Below, piece after piece: positions 21,501 through 31,425 of a DNA stretch of 64,000 nucleotides (position 1 is the first letter of the stretch; each line of letters starts with the position of its first letter). Source of the stretch: Naegleria gruberi (taxonomy: Eukaryota); the NCBI GenBank assembly GCA_000004985.1, contig GG738874.1. One strand, 5' to 3'. The notes under the pieces were generated by a model. The model saw only the letters and a list, made by a program, of their open reading frames with translations. It had not been told where the DNA came from and ran no database searches. Both the position numbers and the translations under genes were made by a program.

Positions 21501-23761
21501 AACTAATAGGCCATGGATACTCAAATAACATGAAGGTATTTACAAAATTTTGAGTGGCTCTAACATTTCTTAGAGCAGAATAAGGAGAAATACTTGGTTG
21601 ACAAACTTGTTGAAGGAAAGGCACTCCTGAAATTACTGCATCAGAGTAGTATGAACTCAGTGCTATGGAAGAAACAACAAGGCACAAGCAAACAAATATG
21701 TAGAGTAAACTAATTATAACTGTTGTAGAATTTGACCTTTGTGATGAAATTGCATTCTTGAAAATTTGCTCTTTCCTCATCTTGGGATTTTCAAATGCAC
21801 TTTCCATATCATCTTCATTTGGTTGTTCTTCTACTGGGAATAAGTATGGTTCAAAGTTGGCCTTGGTTTCGTGGAGAGGCATTACACGGTTAGTTCCTCT
21901 CTTATTACTAGTAGCATTACTAAACACAGAAGCTCTTCTCTTCTTTTTCATTTCCTCTTCTTCAATGGAGGAAGCTTCATTGTAATAGTATTGTGCTAAT
22001 TCTGAATTGAATTCAAAATTTTCCAAAAAATTTCCATATAATCTGAGAAGTGTCTTGTTATTCTTATTGTTGAAAATTAAATTTTGCAACGTATTTCTGC
22101 ATTGAGTGGTCAAAGCATAAATGGAACGATTAATCTTTTCAACAGATGAATAATTAATTCTCTCAGAGGCCATTTCTTTCCAAAAGTTTCTGTGAAGAAC
22201 CAACAAGTTATTTTGATTCTTTTCTAGAATATCTAATTGAGAGGTTAATTCAAATGAATTGCTTGTTGATTTGGATTTTAAATTGAATGATTCAATTTGT
22301 TTCATTTTCTCTCTGATTTTAAATTGTTGGAAAATGTTTGGATGTTGTGATGAGGCTCTTTTCAATAAACTCATTGAAAAGACACAATTATTTGAATCCA
22401 ACCATTGTGTTTGAATCAAGAGTGCTGAATAGATTAATATATCAACATTATTGAATGATTTTTGATGAGCTGCTCCTCTTATGAAGGACATGGCCAATTC
22501 ACAATCTTTCAATATTTGATTATTTTCAGTAGTGCTATTATTGTTAGTTGGATGATTTGTTTAGTGTAGAATTGGATAGACATGATTTGATGAATAATTT
22601 CAATAATGATAACTTGTTGAAATCTTCAAACATGTAATATAAATTCATTGCATTCTTTTCAATCAAAGTAAGTGGAGAAATGGTTCCATAATTTTCATGA
22701 CCTTCAATTCCATTCAATATCATATTTCTTGCTCTCTTCAATTGTAAACGTTGATAAAATTCCATTGTCAATGTGCCAATAGTAAAGAAAATGAAAATAA
22801 GAGCAAGTGTCATTAATGAAAATGCAATACCCATCATTTCAAAATTGGCCCTCTCAGAATCTGAAGATGAAGATGTTATGGATGATGAATTGACCAATGA
22901 AGAAACGAGTGAACCAATACTCGCACCAACTCTTGCTGACATTACACCAAAATACAATGAATTTTCAAATCTTCTCAAACATGGCATGCTATAGAACACC
23001 AAAACACAACAAATCAGTGAAACTAGTAAATGAAAAATTGCTGAAATGAAAATATAATTGGTTGGTAATAATTGAGACAATACCAATTGTAAAATACTCA
23101 AAGAACCAATCAAACTGAAAATGAATGGATTTTCAATCAACATTGGAATTTGAGATTCTGGATTTGAATTGCAAGTTATGAATTCTGATAATGGAAAGAC
23201 AAAAGTGACCAAAACTAAAATTGAAATAATTGAGAGAATTAACATGATCAAATTGGTGGTATCATCAATACATGCTTGATTAGGATATCTCATCAATGAA
23301 GCAATCATATCAGTAGATTCATCAGCATCATTCATCATCATTGTTGAACTACAATTGAGAAAACCAAGCAACACATAAACAAACAACAATGAGAATGGTT
23401 TTACAATCAAAGCACAATAAAAAGTGAAGTATTTCAATTTCTTATAATACTTGTTCTGTTTGTTGGCTAATCGAATTGAAATTACATAAAAAACAGCCAT
23501 TATTAATATAATTGCAATAAAAACAGAACCAATTCCAACAACACCCAAATAAGGAATCATTCTTGCAATCAAAGTCGTTGGAAAATTAAACGCATCAATT
23601 AAAATATAACTTCCAACTTTTCCCCAATTAAAATCTGAAAGAGTTGTCATGAAAATTAAACACCACATCCAATAAACATTCACAAATAAAAAGATTGAAT
23701 AATTTTTCCATCCCTTCTTTGCCTCACAATCTTGTAAAGTGATAATACTATTGGTGAGCAA
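18514..23761 (-). CDS. Receptor-type adenylyl cyclase, tandem copy 2. It is disrupted. A 5-nt deletion relative to copy 1 breaks the frame between 22512 and 22544. The 5' end is separated from the body by N-gaps and an inserted duplicate block.
   Basis: The first ~885 nt (18514-19398) and the whole catalytic and N-terminal TM parts are nearly identical to copy 1. The extracellular middle part is clearly diverged. Alignment of 22500-22560 with 15640-15720 shows 'attgttagttggatgatt' in copy 2 versus 'attgttagtattattggatgatt' in copy 1. Confidence 0.7.
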
Positions 23762-23824
23762 TATCTTTGCCTGANNNNNNNNNNNNNNNNNNNNNNNNNN
23801 NNNNNNNNNNNNNNNNNNNNNNNN

Positions 23825-24895
23825 GTGGCAAATGTTGAGAGTGTACCATTAATATCAATCTTTTTGATAGACCAAGTTGGATTGTTTTCAACAAAGTAAA
23901 TATCACCAGTCATTAACGAAACTGTGACTGTGTTTGGATTGGTCAACTTGACAGTATTAGCTGGAAGGCCATCAGTGTTTTCATTAGATGATGAACCTGA
24001 TGCTGCAACACCAGCAATGGTTGATACAACAGTAGGAATGTTATCGAAAACTTCTTGTTCAGGATCAACAATAACACCAGTCCAATTATAAGTTAATTTT
24101 CTGATTAAATTATTTGCTCTGTCAATAATGATCAAATCTTGAGGTCTTTCATCTTCTACCAAATTTACAAGAGGTGTAGGAATTGTTCTAGGATAGAATG
24201 CAATAGCGTGTGGATGACCGATTGGTGTATCAAGTCCATTATAGCCATCACCAAGATTACCTCCAGCGATGGTTTCCAATTTGTATGTAGGAGCCAAGTT
24301 GTTATCTGAAGATGTTGCATTGATGGTAGTAGTACTAAACAACAACATCATCAAGAGAAGGCTACTAATAAATAAAGATAATAAATATTCGTGATGAGAA
24401 AAAGATTTTACTCTCCCTGCAGAGTCGAAAAACCTCTTCATTTTTGTGCCTTTTTTTCTTCTTGTCGATTCACTCTACTTGTGCATAAGAGAAGAATGTT
24501 TGATGGATGGGAAGTAATTTTGGAAGGGCAAGGGCAGAAAGTATGTTGTTTGATGCTAAGAAGTGATCTCCGCATTTTGATTTTGTTGGAGTAAATTTAA
24601 TTGGCTGATTATTTTTTGTTAGTATTCTTTTTGTCTTCCATTTACGAGGAAGATCTTCATGAAAGATTATTTATCTGATATTAAAGATAGCATTGTGATG
24701 AACAGATGAAAGCAACACATTTTTATTTTTTTTAAATTATGAATTGTTTATTCTTGTAACGGTAACTTTTACTGCCCGCCACGTTTAAAAAATGAAAAGA
24801 AAGCAAGAAACAAAAAACACCAAGAAATTATCTTCATCATCCAATGAAGGACCAACAAAAAAGTTGAAGCAATCCAACCTTCTCTCCCTATTCAA
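23825..24895. repeat. Diverged (~98-99% identical) duplicate of 30467..31525. That source region holds the 5' end of the NHL/EGF gene, the bidirectional promoter, and the first ~100 nt of the AP-endonuclease gene. The duplicate is flanked by N-runs and sits inside the 5' region of adenylyl cyclase copy 2.
   Basis: Direct sequence comparison shows scattered substitutions. A 3-nt indel gives SGSSSNENTDG here versus SGSSNENTDG in the source. Further small indels occur near 24640. Confidence 0.8.
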
Positions 24896-24945
24896 NNNNN
24901 NNNNNNNNNNNNNNNNNNNNNNNNNNNNNNNNNNNNNNNNNNNNN

Positions 24946-25145
24946 GCCTGATAAGTGATTGAATTAGTNTCGGTTGTGGTTGTATGAGTGTTGGCACTGT
25001 GCAAACTTTCAGAACCAACATGAGATGGTGTTGGTTGAAGCATTGAGGAAGAGAAAGCTACGTTGGTATTTTGTTCGAGCAGGTTATTGGAAGAGGAGGA
25101 TGAACCATTACTTGCATTAGGTACTGCAAGTAAGTCTTCGTTCAT
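24946..25145 (-). CDS. Displaced 5' coding segment (N-terminal ~65 aa) of adenylyl cyclase copy 2.
   Basis: Its translation ...MLQPTPSHVGSESLHSANTHTTTT.TNSITYQ matches the copy-1 N-terminus. The nucleotides match 16900-17040. The segment is bounded by an N-run at 24896-24945. Confidence 0.5.
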
Positions 25146-25529
25146 TGTGTTGTTTTTCTTTTGATTTGATGAAGTGGAAGGAATTTGCTTTGAAAGAAAA
25201 GATGATGAAATCCAAAAATGGTAGTAAAACTGAGTTTGTGCGAAACCTGTAGAAAGCTTTCAAATCGAATTTATGTTCCAATATGGGTTAGATTGGTTCT
25301 ATAGGTAAATTCTATTTCGTGTATGGTATTGTTGTACAGGGATATTTCCTTTTGTATTTGCCCTACCAACCCATCATGAAAACGCAGTTTCATGTTGTAC
25401 TGTTTGCCCTGATGATGGCGCCAGACATTACAAGACTTCAATTTTGTATTACATTTGAAACGTATTGATGCAACAAGGTTTTTATTTTACAATATACGTA
25501 TAATTGTAAAATAGAAATTTATAAATCTC

Positions 25530-28500
25530 TTAAGGTTCTTCAGTGAGTGTTGCGTAATTTCCATTTCCATCATTTTGATTTTGTGGAGCGGTTTGTCCTT
25601 GTTTCTTCTTGTAAATGTAATATCCAACACCAATGACAATTGCAATAATTATCATCAAAATAAATCCTACAAGAACAACGATATATGATTTGTCACCCTT
25701 TTCTGTAATAATTGTTCCAGCACTACTTGATGTTGGCTTATTGCTTGATGTGCTTGGTTTGTTTGGGGATGGAGTTGGTTTGTTTGGAGATGGAGTTGGT
25801 TGAGGAGTCTTACCACTGCTAGATGTTGGTGGAGTTATTGGTTGAGCAATAAGGGCAAAAGATGAAGGCCAATGAGTAGTTGAGCATACAACTGAATAAG
25901 TGCTTGCTGTTGCTCCTTGTTGTGAACTCAAAATGGTGGTTGTAACTCTGTCAGTCTTCCAAGAATCAGTGGCTTTATCGTAATATGCACAAGCAATTCT
26001 GGACAAGGCGACACTATGTCTTGCTAATGCAGATGTTGGAACGACTATATTGTGCATGTTTAAAAGGATTGGATCAGGAAGGTTATTTAATTCTACTCTT
26101 TGGTTGTTTCCTTGTTGAGTAATGATGAATGTAACAGCAGGGCTCAATACTTTAGAGTTAACACTTCTAATATCAGAAACTGATGAGGCCATATTGAGTG
26201 GAATCTCTTCATCTCTGAGAATAGTTTCCAAATAATCAGAAATTGATGCAGGAAGAGTAATGAAAATATCCTTGAATTTGGTAAATGTAATATTAAAGCT
26301 CTCCATATCTTCCATATCTTGTACGTCTATAATGTTTGTTTCTGTCAAATTCTTCAAAGCAGTATTGTTTACAACAGAACAGAAGAGGGAAGTATCTCCT
26401 GGTGGACAAATAATATTTGTAGCACATTGAGGACCATTATATCCATAAGCACATTGACATGAATCAGGAGATTCACAAACACCATTTCCAGAACATACAT
26501 TAGGATCAGAATAATGAATACCATAACAATAGTAATTCTCACAATTATTACCAGAGAATCCACTTGTGCAATTACACTTGTTTGGAGATGAACAAATACC
26601 ATTACCTGAACAAACTTGAGGATCATTCTTATCCAAGCCATTACAAGAGAAGCTTTCACAATTTTCTCCTTCATATCCAAGAACACAAGTACAATTATTT
26701 CCAGATGAGCAAACACCATGACCTGAGCACACATTGGTATCGTTTGAAGGAATACCATGGCATTTGAATGCTTCACAAGTGTGTCCATAGTATGGTTCAG
26801 TACATTCACAGAGGTCAGGTTTTGAACAAACACCCTTTGATGAACATACTTGTGTATCATTGTGCATAATTCCAAAGCAGTCAAAATGTTCACAAACATT
26901 TCCGTAATATCCAGCTTGACATTCACACTTGTCTACAGATTTGCAAATACCATTACCAGAGCATACTTGCTTGTTAGAATTGAGTACACCAAAGCATTGA
27001 TAATTTTGACATTCCTTTCCTGAATAGCCAGCTTGACAAGTGCAATTGTTTCCAGATGAGCAAACACCATGCCCTGAGCAAACAGTTGAAGTATTAGTTG
27101 AGGAAATACCATAACATGTGAATGATTCACAATTAACTCCTTCATAAGCCTCCTTACATTCACAACGACCTGGGGCTGTGCAGTATCCATTTGCTGAACA
27201 CACATTTGGATCGGCGTGTTCTACTCCATTACAGTAATAAAATTCACAACTAGAACCGTTAAAGTTTTGTTCACATACACACTTATCAATTGCTTCACAA
27301 ACACCATGTGAGGAACATACTTTCTCATCGTTGTGGGCCAATCCAAAGCATCCATAATTCTCGCATTCGTTTCCATAGTATCCAGGTTTGCAGGTACAAT
27401 TATTTCCAGATGAACAAACACCATGACCTGAGCAAACAGTGGAGTCATTTGATTGTTTTCCGAAACAGGTAAAATATTGGCAAGTTTCACCAGAGTGACC
27501 ATCGCGGCATTCGCACTTGTTTGGCAAACTACAGAGACCAGCTTGAGAACAAACTGATGGATTTGAGTGCTCTACACCAAAACAGTCATAATGCTCGCAA
27601 TTATTTCCATAATATCCATTGTTACAAGTACAATTATTGGCAGAAATACAAACACCTTGAGATGAACAAACGTTTGGATCTTCCTTTGGAATTCCATTGC
27701 AACCAAATAATTCACATTGCTCGCCATAATAACCTGCGAAACATGAACAATTATTGTAAGACTCACAAACACCATTGCCCGAACAGACAGTTTCATTTGA
27801 AGGGAGCAAACCAAAGCAAATTCTCGGTAATTTTTCACATTCAGCAGCATCATTAAGTCTGTAACCCTTTGGACACATTGCTGTCAACTTTCTAACTCTA
27901 GAATTACCACTGTCAGCAATATAAACAGTACTTCCGTCTGGTGAGATATCAGCAAACAATGGTCTGTTCAAAAGTGCGAGCCTTGAATCTAAAACAACTT
28001 CTCCATTGAATCCATTAATACCAGTTTTACCAGCAATAGTAGAGATGGTAGCGTTTTCTTCCTTAAGATTAAATCTTATAATTGTGCTATCTCCATTACA
28101 AACAACAATAAAATCACCCTTTGGAGAAACTGAAACAGATCTTGGATAGTAAATAGTATCATCAGATTCAGAACCTTCCAAAACGGTGGAAATAATTCCG
28201 TCATTTGAAACTTTTCTAATTCTATGACTGGCAAAGTCAGAAATGAATACTTCTCCTTCTGGGGATAAGGCAACTGAAGTAGGATTAGCCAATGAAGCAA
28301 GTGTAGCCTTAATATTATCAGCATTATAACCATAATTGTAGTTACCAGCAATAGTTGAAATAACACCCTCTGCGGATACTTTTCTAATTCTGTTAGCAAC
28401 ATTATCAGCAATGTAAATTTCACTTGATGCAGAAACAACAAATGAAGATACACTTGACAAAGCAGCTTGTGTAGCCAATAATCCATCACCAATACCACCA

Positions 28501-31076
28501 GCAATAGTTTCAATTACATTGTTGGAGAGTTTTCTAACTCTATTATTGCCACTATCAGCAATAAAGATATTATCAGAACTATCCATAGACAATGAAGAAG
28601 GATAATTGAGATAAGTTGTTGTGGCCAAACCATCACCATTAAATTCATAGTTTGAGTCAGATCCAGCAATTAATTGAAGAGAACCATTATCATACTTGCT
28701 TATCATATTACCATGGGCAATATAGATTTCATCACTGCTGGAAATAACAATACTAGCAGGACTTGAAACCTCAACAAGTGTGGTAATATTTCCATCGAGG
28801 CCAATTTTTCTGATTCTATCATTTCTGGTATCGGCAATAAACATTTCACCAATTGAATTGATAGCAATAGAATTTGGGGCATTGAGAGAGGCACAACAAG
28901 CCTTTGAACCATCTCCAGCAAAAGTTGGTGAACCATTTCCAGATACAGAAGTAATAATTCCATTAGAAATCTTTCTAATTCTATTATTGTTAGTATCTGC
29001 AAAATAAATATCACCATTAGAGGATATGTGCAAACCATTTGGATTGTTCAACAAGGCATCGGTAGCGCTAATGTTGTTTCCATTATAACCTGTAACGGTT
29101 TGATTACCAGCAATAATAGTGACAACACCATCTGGAGACAATTTACTGATTGTGCTAAGTCCTGTAAAGTAAATATCATCTCCAAATTCATTGACACTGG
29201 TTGGGAACTCTACCACATTAGTAATAGTAGAAATGATACCGGTTGTTTGATTGATCATTCTAATTCTATTATTTCCACTGTCACAAATGTAAATGTTGCC
29301 AGAAGTCTTTGAGGCAAAAACACCAGATGGATAGAAGAGAATTGATGAGGTAGCAACTTGTCCATCTCCTGCAAAATTATTGAGGATACCACCAGCAACA
29401 CGCTTAATAATACCATTTGAAAGAATCTTGTAAATGACATTTTCTACATTAAAGTAGGTCTCTCCTGTACCGGCAATGTAGAAGGAAGCAGATGGATTGG
29501 AAATTAATGTTGCATTGGCCAATTTACCATCCAAATCAGTTAATGTGTTTACAGGTTCTGACGAACCAATGACTGTAGAAATAATGCCTTGTTGATTAAT
29601 TCTTCTAATTCTATTGTTACTTCCATCGGCAATGGTAATAATATCGGCTCCATCCTTTTGGGCGACATGAACATGATTAGGTGAGAGTGCAGACTGAATT
29701 GCTGGGCCATTATCTCCCAAATATGTTGGTTGTCCATTACCAAAAATTGTTGAAATGATTCCTTCCTCAGTAATCTTTCTAATTCTATTGTTCATGCAGT
29801 CGGCAATAATAATCTCCTCAGCAGAAATAGCAATGAATGAAGGATTGTTCAAAGTTGCAGCAGTAGCTAAGCCACCATCTCCAATTGGTCCGATATTAGA
29901 TCCAGTACCGGCTACAATGGAAATTGTATTGGTTGCTGGATTTAACATTTTGAGAATGTGTTGGGATTGTTCCAAAAAGTAGACTTCACCCTCCTCACCA
30001 ACAGCAATACTGGTTGGAGCAATGGTTGCATTGAGAGCATCAATAGGAATTGGTTGGATTGGAGAACCTGGAATTGGTTGAGCACCTGAACCTGCAACTG
30101 TTGTAATAATTCCATTGACAATCTTTCTAATGTAAAACTTGTCGGCAATGTAAATTTCTGGGATGGTATTAATTGGAGCATCTTCCATTCTAAAAAGAGC
30201 AAGTCCTGTTGGTTGAGAAAGGAGAGCATCAGTAGCATTGATACCATTGCCAAAGTATCCCTCTTGTCCACATATACCAGCAATGGTAGTGATGGTCTTG
30301 TTGGAAATTGATAACTTTCTAATTCTAAAGTTTTGAGTATCTACAATATAGATAAACTCCTCTACACCTTCCATTGAATAGACAATTTGACTTGGAGCAG
30401 ACAATTGTGCATCACTCAAAGGAGAAGGAACATTATCAGAACAAATAGAGTCCAAATTGTTAGTGGCAAATGTTGAGAGTGTACCATTAATATCAATCTT
30501 TTTGATAGACCAAGTTGGATTGTTTTCAACAAAGTAAATATCACCAGTCATTAACGAAACTGTGACTGTGTTTGGATTGGTCAACTTGACAGTATTAGCT
30601 GGAAGGCCATCAGTGTTTTCATTAGATGAACCTGATGCTGCAACACCAGCAATGGTTGATACAATAGTAGGAATGTTATCGAAAACTTCTTGTTCAGGAT
30701 CAACAATAACACCAGTCCAATTATAAGTTAATTTTCTGATTAAATTATTTGCTCTGTCAATAATGATCAAATCTTGAGGTCTTTCATCTTCTACCAAATT
30801 TACAAGAGGTGTAGGAATTGTTCTAGGATAGAATGCAATAGCGTGTGGATGACCGATTGGTGTATCAAGTCCATTATAGCCATCACCAAGATTACCTCCA
30901 GCGATGGTTTCCAATTTGTATGTAGGAGCCAAGTTGTTATCTGAAGATGTTGCATTGATGGTAGTAGTACTAAACAACAACATCATCAAGAGAAGGCTAC
31001 TAATAAATAAAGATAATAAATATTCGTGATGAGAAAAAGATTTTACTCTCCCTGCAGAGTCGAAAAACCTCTTCAT
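25530..31076 (-). CDS. Giant type-I surface protein of 1848 aa. It has a signal peptide, ~20 NHL (six-bladed beta-propeller) repeats, ~16 tenascin-type EGF repeats, a Ser/Pro/Thr-rich stalk, one TM helix, and a 25-aa cytosolic tail.
   Basis: The N-terminal hydrophobic leader is LLSLFISSLLLMMLLFS. Many NHL-type units recur, for example IYIADSGNNRIRKI, FIADTRNDRIRKI, YFADTNNNRIRKI. The EGF units follow C.G....VCSG.G.C.....C.C..GY.G..CE..C. The stalk is TPQPTPSPNKPTPSPNKPSTSSNKPTSSS. The TM helix is YIVVLVGFILMIIIAIVIGVGYYIY. Confidence 0.85.
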   Translation of the reverse strand: MKRFFDSAGRVKSFSHHEYLLSLFISSLLLMMLLFSTTTINATSSDNNLAPTYKLETIAGGNLGDGYNGLDTPIGHPHAIAFYPRTIPTPLVNLVEDERPQDLIIIDRANNLIRKLTYNWTGVIVDPEQEVFDNIPTIVSTIAGVAASGSSNENTDGLPANTVKLTNPNTVTVSLMTGDIYFVENNPTWSIKKIDINGTLSTFATNNLDSICSDNVPSPLSDAQLSAPSQIVYSMEGVEEFIYIVDTQNFRIRKLSISNKTITTIAGICGQEGYFGNGINATDALLSQPTGLALFRMEDAPINTIPEIYIADKFYIRKIVNGIITTVAGSGAQPIPGSPIQPIPIDALNATIAPTSIAVGEEGEVYFLEQSQHILKMLNPATNTISIVAGTGSNIGPIGDGGLATAATLNNPSFIAISAEEIIIADCMNNRIRKITEEGIISTIFGNGQPTYLGDNGPAIQSALSPNHVHVAQKDGADIITIADGSNNRIRRINQQGIISTVIGSSEPVNTLTDLDGKLANATLISNPSASFYIAGTGETYFNVENVIYKILSNGIIKRVAGGILNNFAGDGQVATSSILFYPSGVFASKTSGNIYICDSGNNRIRMINQTTGIISTITNVVEFPTSVNEFGDDIYFTGLSTISKLSPDGVVTIIAGNQTVTGYNGNNISATDALLNNPNGLHISSNGDIYFADTNNNRIRKISNGIITSVSGNGSPTFAGDGSKACCASLNAPNSIAINSIGEMFIADTRNDRIRKIGLDGNITTLVEVSSPASIVISSSDEIYIAHGNMISKYDNGSLQLIAGSDSNYEFNGDGLATTTYLNYPSSLSMDSSDNIFIADSGNNRVRKLSNNVIETIAGGIGDGLLATQAALSSVSSFVVSASSEIYIADNVANRIRKVSAEGVISTIAGNYNYGYNADNIKATLASLANPTSVALSPEGEVFISDFASHRIRKVSNDGIISTVLEGSESDDTIYYPRSVSVSPKGDFIVVCNGDSTIIRFNLKEENATISTIAGKTGINGFNGEVVLDSRLALLNRPLFADISPDGSTVYIADSGNSRVRKLTAMCPKGYRLNDAAECEKLPRICFGLLPSNETVCSGNGVCESYNNCSCFAGYYGEQCELFGCNGIPKEDPNVCSSQGVCISANNCTCNNGYYGNNCEHYDCFGVEHSNPSVCSQAGLCSLPNKCECRDGHSGETCQYFTCFGKQSNDSTVCSGHGVCSSGNNCTCKPGYYGNECENYGCFGLAHNDEKVCSSHGVCEAIDKCVCEQNFNGSSCEFYYCNGVEHADPNVCSANGYCTAPGRCECKEAYEGVNCESFTCYGISSTNTSTVCSGHGVCSSGNNCTCQAGYSGKECQNYQCFGVLNSNKQVCSGNGICKSVDKCECQAGYYGNVCEHFDCFGIMHNDTQVCSSKGVCSKPDLCECTEPYYGHTCEAFKCHGIPSNDTNVCSGHGVCSSGNNCTCVLGYEGENCESFSCNGLDKNDPQVCSGNGICSSPNKCNCTSGFSGNNCENYYCYGIHYSDPNVCSGNGVCESPDSCQCAYGYNGPQCATNIICPPGDTSLFCSVVNNTALKNLTETNIIDVQDMEDMESFNITFTKFKDIFITLPASISDYLETILRDEEIPLNMASSVSDIRSVNSKVLSPAVTFIITQQGNNQRVELNNLPDPILLNMHNIVVPTSALARHSVALSRIACAYYDKATDSWKTDRVTTTILSSQQGATASTYSVVCSTTHWPSSFALIAQPITPPTSSSGKTPQPTPSPNKPTPSPNKPSTSSNKPTSSSAGTIITEKGDKSYIVVLVGFILMIIIAIVIGVGYYIYKKKQGQTAPQNQNDGNGNYATLTEEP

Positions 31077-31425
31077 TTTTGTGCCTTTTTTTCTTCTTGT
31101 CGATTCACTCTACTTGTGCATAAGAGAAGAATGTTTGATGGATGGGAAGTAATTTTGGAAGGGCAAGGGCAGAAAGTATGTTGTTTGATGCTAAGAAGTG
31201 ATCTCCGCATTTTGATTTTGTTGGAGTAAATTTAATTGGCTGATTATTTTTTGTTAGTATTCTTTTTGTCTTCCATTTACGAGAAGATCTTCACGAAAGA
31301 TTATTTATCTGATATTAAAGATAGCATTGTGATGAACAGATGAAAGCAACACATTTTTATTTTTTTTAAATTATGAATTGTTTATTCTTGTAACGGTAAC
31401 TTTTACTGCCCGCCACGTTTAAAAA
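31077..31425. promoter_or_regulatory. Divergent (bidirectional) promoter region between the NHL/EGF gene (minus) and the AP-endonuclease gene (plus).
   Basis: Head-to-head real ATGs lie 349 nt apart. The GC-rich motif CTGCCCGCCACG sits 15 nt upstream of the APE ATG in an otherwise AT-rich spacer. Confidence 0.4.

Noticed and set aside
24391-24594. 67-aa ORF MMRKRFYSPC..., identical twin at 31026..31229
   Set aside because: It overlaps the start of the NHL/EGF gene in its 5' flank. It recurs only because the whole block is duplicated. It has no coding signature.
26369-30283. Many 60-185-aa ORFs in other frames and on the plus strand inside the NHL/EGF gene
   Set aside because: They are wholly contained in a 1848-aa ORF with clear domain structure. 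They are repeat-driven frame artefacts.
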